From the IMG/VR virus record IMGVR_UViG_3300028173_000007, positions 1-64,000 of that record: DNA of 64,000 nt; one strand, written 5' to 3'. The notes under the pieces were generated by a model. The model made no database searches. It worked only from the letters and a program-made list of their open reading frames with translations, and was not told where the DNA came from. Numbering within the stretch: position 1 is the stretch's first letter; each line of letters opens with the position of its first letter. Positions 1-8,300 of this stretch are shown here, one piece after another. The position numbers and the translations under genes are program-made. The stretch comes from a virus.

Positions 1-2
1 GC

Positions 3-299
3 CGCCGCCGAGAGTACGTCGGTCGCATCGAGGCCGCGCGCGACGACGACATCGCGACTGAGCCCGTGCCGAGCGTCGACGAGTACCGCGCCGCCCTCGC
101 CGGGTGGGCTCGCGGCTCGTCGCCTCGATGGCGACACCTCAAGCTCGCGGCAGACCTGCTCGCGGCGCACGGTGAGCACGCCCGCGTCTGGTTGCTCGGC
201 GAGGGGCTCGACCTTGAGCCGAGCCTGCGCCGCAAGGTCGACGAGGCGCTGCGGCTGGCGGGCGTGCTCACCGTCGTGACGCCTGACCTGTTCGATTGA
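3..299 (+). CDS. Hypothetical protein, 5'-truncated
   Basis: The frame of ORF 66..299 is open back to position 3 (RRREYVGRIEAARDDD...) with GC3-rich codons. Confidence 0.6.
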   Translation, partial: RRREYVGRIEAARDDDIATEPVPSVDEYRAALAGWARGSSPRWRHLKLAADLLAAHGEHARVWLLGEGLDLEPSLRRKVDEALRLAGVLTVVTPDLFD

Positions 300-324
300 C
301 ACGCGGGCTGAGCCCGCTGGGGAG

Positions 325-864
325 ATGATGATGAGGTCCTTTCTGGTCGGGCTGCTGCTGGTGCTCTGCTTGCCGCTCGGCGGCGCGACGATGTGCGACA
401 CCGACTCCGACGTGCCGATGCCGTGCGCGCAGGCTGACGGTGGCGTGTGCGCCTCGCCGTGGTACATCAATCGCGCGTTCGGGGTGATTCGCAACGGCGA
501 CGCCAAGCCCATCCTCGCGCTGAACGTCTACTGGCAGAACGAGCCCGCAGGAGCGGCGCTGACGGTCAACGGGGTCGTGCTCCAGTGCCAGTTCACGCCG
601 GGGTCGCGGTCGTTCCCATGCTCGGGTGGGACGTGGACGGTCACCGTCGAGGCGGCTGACGAGATCGTGGTCAAGTTCCACCCCTACAGCGGGACACCCG
701 GCAACGGGACCGCGATCTACTACAAATTCAGCGGCGACTCGTCCATTCCGGCCGGGCTCAAGCAGCCGAGCCAAATCGGGACCCTCGGTGAGTACGACTG
801 GCGCGACCAGCGCACGGGCACAGGCCGCGACCATCACGCCGACGTCTACTGGCGTGCGCGGTGA
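325..864 (+). CDS. Putative secreted beta-rich protein with signal peptide and several Cys
   Basis: MMMRSFLVGLLLVLCLPLGG hydrophobic N-terminus; GGGGAG upstream; typical codon usage. Confidence 0.7.
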   Translation: MMMRSFLVGLLLVLCLPLGGATMCDTDSDVPMPCAQADGGVCASPWYINRAFGVIRNGDAKPILALNVYWQNEPAGAALTVNGVVLQCQFTPGSRSFPCSGGTWTVTVEAADEIVVKFHPYSGTPGNGTAIYYKFSGDSSIPAGLKQPSQIGTLGEYDWRDQRTGTGRDHHADVYWRAR

Positions 865-958
865 GCACGAGCATCAGCCTCGGCGACATCGAGAGGCTGC
901 CGCGCTGTCGGCCTGACCCGATGGGCAGCGGCGACCTGTTCGACCCGGCAGACCCGGC

Positions 959-3900
959 ATGACGGCCCGTGACCTGCTCCGCTCGGCCCGCGAGGCCCTC
1001 TCCGCGGCCGAGTGGCTCCCCGTGCCCGCCCGTGTCGGTGCGGCCCTCTGGCGGCGCCAGTCGGCGACGCTGGCCAAGGGCGCCGGGCACAAGTACGTCC
1101 GCCGCGAGCGGAACCCGAACCCCCCGCCCAAATGGCGCTACTACTACCGGGCGGCCAGCGCGGCCCGCGGCCTCCGCGCCGAGCTCTACGCGGGCGAGAA
1201 GTTCCAGATCGACCACGACGGCCAGGCGGGGCACTTCGAGGTGGTGGAGCTCAGCGGCGACCGGGTGACGGTGCGGCACGACGAGTCCGGCGAGCTCGTC
1301 ACGGTGACGCGGGCGGCCCTCGAAGCCATGTTCCGAGACCACCACGCGGAGGCCATCGACGCGCACCGCGGCCGGCTCTCGCGGGACCTCACCGCGGCGA
1401 AGAAGCACGGCGCCAGTCGGCGCCAGGTGGCCCGGCTCGAAGATGAGGCCCGCCGCCACGGCCACGAAGACCTCGTGAAGCCGAAGCAACGGACCCGAAG
1501 CCCCGAGGGCATCCCGCGCACCGAGGCGCCGGATCTCCTGCTCGTCGGGTGCGTCAAGACGAAGGCGGCGCACGACGAACGGGTGCCCGTGCGCGACCTG
1601 TACCGCTCCCGCACATGGAACCGCCGGCGGGACTACGCCGAAGCCCGCGAGCTCGTCGAGGGCCCCCCCTGGGCGGTCGTGTCGGCCGGCCTGGGCGTGG
1701 TGGACCCTGACCGGCAAACGAAGCGGTACGACGCCCAGGTGAAAGACCTCAAGGGGCCAGCGCGGGCGAAGTGGCTCAAGCGCGTGCGCGGCGCCTTGAT
1801 CGGGAAGCTCTACCGAGGGGAACGGCCCGACACGCCCCGGCGCATCGAGATCATCGCCGGCGCCGACTATGTGAAGGCCGTTCGGGAGGCCCTCGAAGGG
1901 CTCCCCGTCGAGGTGGTGCAGCCCCTCGAAGGCGTGGGGCTCACGCACCAAGAACAGTGGCTCCAGGCCCAGGCCCAGGAGCTCAAGGCGCAACATGAGA
2001 CGTTGGCAGAGCAGGCCAACCGGGAGTCGCCAGGCCGGCCCGAGTGGCACGGCCGCCTATCGCACCTGGGCCTATCGTGGGCCGATTGGGAGGTGCGCCA
2101 CGACTCCGCGGCCGACGCCGTGCGGCGCATCCTGCACCTGCGCCAGAGCTCCGACGGCTGGCACTTCGAGGCGGCCGCCGCGAAGGCCCTCGGTGAGACG
2201 CTCACCGACTACGCCGGCTATCCGGTCGAAATGGAGGACGAAGACGGCGAGTCGTGGCTTGAGGTCGAGCCCGAAGAACTCCCGTCGTGGTTCGGCCGGC
2301 CCGACTGGACGCCCGAGTTTGCCGCGAAGGTCTACCGGCGCGTGGTCGAGCACATCGACGACTGGACGCCCGACGAGGACGACCACCCCGACGGCGTGCC
2401 CGAGTGGGCCGAGGGCTTTCTTCACGAGGTCATGGCCGACGAGCTCGAAACGCCGCCCGACGGCCTGCGCTTGTCGATGGTGTCGAAGGACGAAGCCCGC
2501 CGGTTCATCACGAAGCATCATTCCGCCATGCCGAAGTGGAACCATCGCGGGGTGGTTTTCACCCTGGGCGTGCGTGACCCGCGGGGGCGGCTCGTCGCCG
2601 TAGCCACCGCGAACACCCCGACGGCGCGCGCCTGGCGAGACCACCCGCGCGAACTCGACACGGGGCGCATCCTGCCCGGCCACAACGTGTTGGAGCTCAC
2701 CCGCGTTGCCAGCGACGGCAGCGCGAAGGGCGCCGCGTCCATGCTGGCCCGGCGCGTGGTCGCCCTCGGTGAGAAGGCGAAGCGCGGCGACCCGACCGCC
2801 CCCCACCTCGTGATCACCTATCAACTGGCCAGCGAGAACGGCACCACCTACCGGGCCCTCCGCGACGTGGGCCTGCGCCCCGTCGAGCTCACGAAGGGGC
2901 GCAAGGGCGCCCGCAGGGCCGGCGGCCAGGTCGACGAGAACGACGCGGCGAAGCTCCCGAAACTGCGGTGGGAGGCCGGCCCGGCGGCCATGCCGGCCCG
3001 CTGGGACCTGCTCAACGCCATGAACGCGCGGCGTGAGCACCCCGAGCAACTGGCGACCCTGTTTGCGGCCGAGCGGGCAAACGTCGCCCTCGACGACTAC
3101 TTCGCCAGCGGCTCGAACCACGAAGGCGAGATCCGAGGCTTCCACCGCCTCGGGATCAACCCCGGCGTTGCCGCCGACCGGCTCAATGACCGCAACGTCC
3201 ACGAGCTCAAGCAACTTGCGGGGACCGGCCGCAAGGTCTTCGTGGACTCTGGCGCCTTCGGTGAAATCGACTTCAATGTCCCGAAGAAGGGGCAGAAGGG
3301 CCCGCCGCGGCCGGACCTGCCCATCGGGGCGCCGTTCGTGGTGAAGCCGATCACAGACGACGAGTGGCAAAAGCGGCTGGGCCGCTATCACGAGCTCGCC
3401 CAGGTCCTCGGCGGGCAAATGTACGCCGTCGCGCCCGACAAGGTGGCGCACCAGTCGGAGACCCTCGAACGGCTGGCCAGGTACGCGCCCCAGGTGCGCG
3501 AGATCGCCAAGCTCGGCGCGCACGTCATGGTGCCGATGCAGAAGGGCCAACTAGCCATGCCGGACTTCGCCCAGGTGGCCGCGAAGCGCCTCGGGATGAA
3601 GCCGGACGCCCTCATCTGGGCAATCCCCATGAAAAAGGACGCGACCACCCTCGACGAGCTCGAAGACTTTGTGCGCGAGGCGAAGCCCGGCCGCGTTCAC
3701 CTGCTCGGGGTGGGGCCCGACTCGAAGGCCTACCCGGCGATCCGCGCCATGTTCGACCGGGTGGCCCCCGGCACGGCGCTCACCCTCGACAGCGTGAAGA
3801 TCACCGCGGCCGTGGGTCGCGACGGCACCACGCCGGACGGCAAGCCCAAGGCCCGCGCGCTCACCGCCGCGCAAGACAGGGTGCGGGAGGCTATCGAGGC

Positions 3901-4339
3901 CTCCGCGTTCCGCGCAGACGACCCCGAGCTCCCCGACTACACCGACCACGCCGCCGAGCCGAGCGAGTGGACGACGGAGGCCAGCCGCCGGCGGCTGTGG
4001 GCTACCTGGCGCGGGCGGGACGTGGCCCGGCTCACGAAGACGATCCGAGACCTGCGCGCCGAGCACGGCGCCAGAAAGCCCGTGCCCGAGCCGCTGGCCC
4101 GAGCGAGGGCCGAGCTCAAGACCCTACGCGCCGACGCGAAGCTGTGGCGAGACGACCCCGACGAGTGGATGCAGGCCCCGATCCCCGGCGCAGACCACCT
4201 GAGCAACTACGAGGACCCGTCCGTCGCGACTGACCTTGAGGACACCTGGCGCGACTGGTTCGTAGGCGCCGGCTCGGTGGCCGTCCGAAAGGAGCGCGCC
4301 ATCGTAGAGGCGTTTGGCGAAGTGGGCCGGAAACGGTAG
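959..4339 (+). CDS. KGAGHKY-tagged polyvalent protein 1: tag + DUF6884-like + Mom/XF1762-like GNAT + TGT/DpdA-like domain (1126 aa)
   Basis: LAK|GAGHKY at K40 (nt 1076). LLVGCVKTK..VRDLYRS..VSAGLG..YD (DUF6884-like). EARRFITKHH..LELTRVA..ASML..VITY..ENGTTYRA (Mom-like). VFVDSGAF..APDKV..VHLLGVG..LDS (TGT-fold-like). Motifs recognised by eye. Confidence 0.8.
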   Translation: MTARDLLRSAREALSAAEWLPVPARVGAALWRRQSATLAKGAGHKYVRRERNPNPPPKWRYYYRAASAARGLRAELYAGEKFQIDHDGQAGHFEVVELSGDRVTVRHDESGELVTVTRAALEAMFRDHHAEAIDAHRGRLSRDLTAAKKHGASRRQVARLEDEARRHGHEDLVKPKQRTRSPEGIPRTEAPDLLLVGCVKTKAAHDERVPVRDLYRSRTWNRRRDYAEARELVEGPPWAVVSAGLGVVDPDRQTKRYDAQVKDLKGPARAKWLKRVRGALIGKLYRGERPDTPRRIEIIAGADYVKAVREALEGLPVEVVQPLEGVGLTHQEQWLQAQAQELKAQHETLAEQANRESPGRPEWHGRLSHLGLSWADWEVRHDSAADAVRRILHLRQSSDGWHFEAAAAKALGETLTDYAGYPVEMEDEDGESWLEVEPEELPSWFGRPDWTPEFAAKVYRRVVEHIDDWTPDEDDHPDGVPEWAEGFLHEVMADELETPPDGLRLSMVSKDEARRFITKHHSAMPKWNHRGVVFTLGVRDPRGRLVAVATANTPTARAWRDHPRELDTGRILPGHNVLELTRVASDGSAKGAASMLARRVVALGEKAKRGDPTAPHLVITYQLASENGTTYRALRDVGLRPVELTKGRKGARRAGGQVDENDAAKLPKLRWEAGPAAMPARWDLLNAMNARREHPEQLATLFAAERANVALDDYFASGSNHEGEIRGFHRLGINPGVAADRLNDRNVHELKQLAGTGRKVFVDSGAFGEIDFNVPKKGQKGPPRPDLPIGAPFVVKPITDDEWQKRLGRYHELAQVLGGQMYAVAPDKVAHQSETLERLARYAPQVREIAKLGAHVMVPMQKGQLAMPDFAQVAAKRLGMKPDALIWAIPMKKDATTLDELEDFVREAKPGRVHLLGVGPDSKAYPAIRAMFDRVAPGTALTLDSVKITAAVGRDGTTPDGKPKARALTAAQDRVREAIEASAFRADDPELPDYTDHAAEPSEWTTEASRRRLWATWRGRDVARLTKTIRDLRAEHGARKPVPEPLARARAELKTLRADAKLWRDDPDEWMQAPIPGADHLSNYEDPSVATDLEDTWRDWFVGAGSVAVRKERAIVEAFGEVGRKR

Positions 4340-4360
4340 GGTGCAGGTCCCCAACCGGAC

Positions 4361-4408
4361 GCCGGGGACGGGGCCGCACTCGGGTCGTGTCGCGGTCCCG
4401 CCCCCGGT
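4361..4408 (+). terminator. GC-rich hairpin after the polyvalent protein 1 gene (possible terminator, no U-tract)
   Basis: GCCGGGGACGGGGCCGC (4361-4377) pairs with GCGGTCCCGCCCCCGGT (4392-4408), 16 of 17 pairs including G-U. Confidence 0.5.
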
Positions 4409-4415
4409 GCCCATC

Positions 4416-4424
4416 TGATAGGAT
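4416..4424 (+). promoter_or_regulatory. Extended -10-like element TGATAGGAT
   Basis: Fits TGnTAnnnT in an intergenic gap, upstream of GGAGGA RBS and ATG 4443. Related motifs at 16922, 22530 and 62695. Confidence 0.55.
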
Positions 4425-4442
4425 GCGGCCACCGGAGGACCT

Positions 4443-5354
4443 ATGCGGCCGCTACCCCTCGACCATCCCGTGCGTGTGACCGAGGACGCGACGCCCGACG
4501 CCCGCGGCATCTTTCCAGGCCTCGGCGACGGCGGCCCGCCTCCCGTTCCGTTGTCGACCGTCCTCTCCCCGCTACGGGGAAGCGACCGGGCCGGCGCGAG
4601 GGCCGCCCTTGAGGCCCCGACGCGCGAAACCCTGGCCGACCTCCGCGGCGCCTACCGAGACGCCGGCCTGGCCGGGCCCAAGCTCGCCGCGGCCATGCAA
4701 TCGGCCGCGCGCTACATCGCCCACATGCGCCGGCGCAACCCACGGGGGCGCACCGAGCCCGATCACCTGCGGAAAGCGGCCTACTACGCCGGCGCGGAGG
4801 CCCTCGCGGCCAAGGTGGCGCGGGAGGTGGAGATCCCCGGCTTCATCGGCCGAGTCGTGTGGATGGCCCAGGCGCGCGACCTCCGCAAAGGGGCCGGCCA
4901 CAAGTACCTTCGCCGCGTGAAGGGGGCGAACGGGAAATGGCGGTACTTCTACAAGGTGAGCGGCGGCCGCGGCCTCGGGCACGCTGACGAGTTCCACGTC
5001 GGCGCGAAGTTCGCCGGCGGCGGCGGTCACTTCGAGATCGTGAGCGAGTCCGGCGACATCGTGGAGATCCGCCACGACGAGACGGGGGGGACGCGCAGGC
5101 TGGACAAGGCGGCCCTCTCCGAGCTCCTGCGAAAGCACCACGTCGAAATCGACACCGAGGGTTTCAGCTACTACGTTGGGCGCCTCGGGCCAGCCGACGC
5201 CTATCCAGGCACGGCCGGCGCCGCCGCGGCGGCGCGCTTCCACGGGCTCGACTATCACGAGCATGGAGCGCCCGACGTGCATCCACGACGGCGCGGCCGC
5301 GGGCAGGTGGCCGCGGCTGACGGACTACTGGCCAAGGCCAAGGGGGCAGCATGA
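4443..5354 (+). CDS. KGAGHKY-tagged protein 2 (long leader + tag module, little cargo; 303 aa)
   Basis: GGAGGA RBS; LRK|AAYY, LRK|GAGHKYLRRVKGANGKWRYFY..GHFEIV..IRHDETG; ends LLAK|AKGAA. Confidence 0.8.
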   Translation: MRPLPLDHPVRVTEDATPDARGIFPGLGDGGPPPVPLSTVLSPLRGSDRAGARAALEAPTRETLADLRGAYRDAGLAGPKLAAAMQSAARYIAHMRRRNPRGRTEPDHLRKAAYYAGAEALAAKVAREVEIPGFIGRVVWMAQARDLRKGAGHKYLRRVKGANGKWRYFYKVSGGRGLGHADEFHVGAKFAGGGGHFEIVSESGDIVEIRHDETGGTRRLDKAALSELLRKHHVEIDTEGFSYYVGRLGPADAYPGTAGAAAAARFHGLDYHEHGAPDVHPRRRGRGQVAAADGLLAKAKGAA

Positions 5355-8300
5355 GCACGGACCTGATCACGCGAGCCGCGGCCCTCCTGGGGCGCGTGCG
5401 CGGCCACCTCGACGAGATCCCCGAGGCCGCCGGCGTGCTCCTGTGGGCCCGCCAGTCGGGCGAGCTCGTGAAGGGCGCCGGCCACAAGTACGTCCGGCGG
5501 GTGAAGGGCGCGAACGGGAAATGGCGGTACTTCTACGACGTGACGGGGGGCCACGGTGCCGCGCACCACGCAGAGATCCACCTCGGCGCGAAGTTCAAGG
5601 TTGAGCACGAGGGCAAGGCCGGCCACTACGAGGTGACGAAGGAAGACGGCGGGTGGGTGACCATCCGGCACGACGAGACGGGACACGAGGCCAAGGTCAA
5701 GAAGACCACCGTTCAAACCATGATCAAGCGCCAGCACGCGGAGCTATTCGCGGCGCACCGCGAGCGCACCGCGCGAGACGTGAAGGCGGCGAAGAAGTAC
5801 GGCGCCAGCGCGAAGCAGAAAGCCCGCCTGGCGGCGCACGCGAAGAAGTACGGGCACCACGACCTCGCCAACGAACTCACCGACACGGCCGCGCCCGATC
5901 ACGCCGGCGAATACGGGCGTCACGCGGAGCGAGCTCGCCACCACCACGACGAGGCCAGCAAGGCCACGCCCGGCACCCCCGAGCACAAGAAGCACCGCGC
6001 GGCCAGCCTGGCCCACGAGAAGGCGCGCGAGGCGCATAGCCGAGCCATCGGTGACACCGAGGCCTCCGCGGGCGCCTTCGAGGCCTCGAAGGCCGCGGAC
6101 GCACTCACAGTCGAGCACCCCGAAGTCCACGCGGCCCGCCGAGCCCTCGAAGCACACGAGCGGAAACGTCAACAGGTCTCCGACCGCATGTACCGGCGAA
6201 CGAAGGCGGGCAGCGTCTCCACCGGCGCCCGTGCCGCCTACGACCTCAAGATGGGGCAGCTAGTCGAGCAGGAAGGCCACCTCCGCGCGGCCCTCGCCGC
6301 GGCCGAGGACAAGGCCAAGCGCGGGCCCGACGGCGAGCTCACCACCGACGAGCTCGCCCAGCGCCGCGCCGCGGCCGAGGCCTCGGCGCTCAAGCGCCGG
6401 GGGACCGGGAAGCCCGACGAGCCCGACAACGTGGTGCAGTTCCCGAAGCCCGAGCCGAAGCCCGAGCCCGAGTCGACCCGACCCGACCCGGCCCTACTCG
6501 CCCCGCTGGCCGACAAACTCGTCTCGCAACTGCTCCCCGGCATGAAGGGGCACGCGAAGCGCGCCGAGCTCCTGGCCATCGCCGCCGAGCACCTGGCGAA
6601 CATGGTCGGGCAAGAGCCCTCCGAGGAAACGGCGCAGGCCCTCGCGGCCGCCCTCACGACGAAGGCGCGCGAGCTCTCCGCGTCCAACGTGGTGCGCCTG
6701 GGCGGCCTGGGCGGCCGGAAGACGAAGCAGGAGAAGGCCGAAGCCTGGATGCGAGACGCGGCGGCGAAGCAGCGCGCAGGCCTGCGAGACGGCAAGCCGG
6801 GGCACCGCATCCACTACACCGGCGACCGGGCCAACAGCCCGCGCAACGGCGAGGTGATCGCCGCGTTCCCCGGTCACTACCGGGTGAAGTGGGACGACGG
6901 CACCGAAGGCAACGTCGAGCGGATCGGGGTGCGGGGCTGGGATAACGCCGGCGCCCGCTTCCATTGGGAGGACGAGAACCCGAGCGGCGACAGGAGCCCC
7001 GAGGCTATCGAGGAAGGCAAGCGGCAAGCGGTGGCCCACCGGGAGGCCGCCGACAAGGTGGCAGCGGCAGAGAAGGCCGAGCAGGACCGGAAGCACGCGG
7101 GGTGGCACAAGCCCGCCGACCGCACCGAGGCGTCCAAGCGGCTCAAGGCCGCGTTGCAGAAGCTCTACCCCGACGGCCAGTGGAGCGTGACCGGGGGGAA
7201 GGGGACCGGCTACGGGTGGCTCAGCATCAACGGCACCTCTGAGGCCGAGGGGAAGCTGCGCGACGAGCACCGCATTATCACGAGTGTTTCCAGCGGCAGT
7301 CGTGATTCCACCGTGCGGGACCTCGAAGAAGCGTCGGGGATCTTCACCCCCGGCGAGGGCCTCGCGCCGGGCAGCGTGGCCAGGAAGCACGCCGACAAGG
7401 CCGCAGCCGAGGCCGCAAGGCGCGAGGGCGCCGGCACCACGCGCCACGTCGGCCAGGTGGTCACCATCGGATCCAACCGCCGGCGCTACGTCGTGGTGAG
7501 CTCCGAGCAGGTGGGGTCCAGCCCGCCCCGCTACAACTTGTCCGCCCTCTCGGGCGGGATGCGGGGCTCGGGGCCGTCCTCGGTGTCCGCCGACGACCTC
7601 ATCCCCCACGCCGACCAGCGGATCACCTTCGACGGGGCCCAGGCGGCCGACCGCCGGGCCCGCGCGCTCCGCTCGCTGGCGCTCAACAGCAACGCCGACC
7701 CCGACACAAAGCAGCGGGTCCGGCTGGCGGCGAGCTCGGGGGGCGCGGTCCTCTCCCCGGCCGAGCTCGCCCAGCGCAAGGCCGCCGCCGACGCCGCGGC
7801 CCTCAAGCGCACGAAGGCGCCCGAGGTCCCCCCGGTGAAGCCCCCGGTGAAGCCCCCGGTGAAGCCCCCGGTGAAGCCCCCGCAAAGCGACTCGGGCCGG
7901 TCGGACGCTGACAAGCCCTCTCCCCAACCGGCGGCCCAGCGTCCGGCCGGCTTTTCTGCCCCCGTCGCTTTCACCGGCGAGACCCGCGAGAGCGTGACGA
8001 AGAAGCGCGGAAACACCGTCTGGAGCGTGCCCCACGCGGGGAGCATCCCCGACGCGCAGTTCACGGCCATGAAGGACGCCGCGCGGGAGCAGAAGGGCTA
8101 TTACCTGCGCGGCCAGGGCTTCACGTTCCGCGACCCCGAACACGCCCGGCAATTCGTCGCGGCCTGGGGCGCCGGTGACGGTGCGGTCCCGACGACGACG
8201 CCCGACGCGGACGGGAAGCGCCGCGCCAGGGCAGATCGGGCGAAGAAGCGAACGAAACCCGACGGCTTCGACGCGGCCGAGGGCGCCGGCGAGGGCTGGC

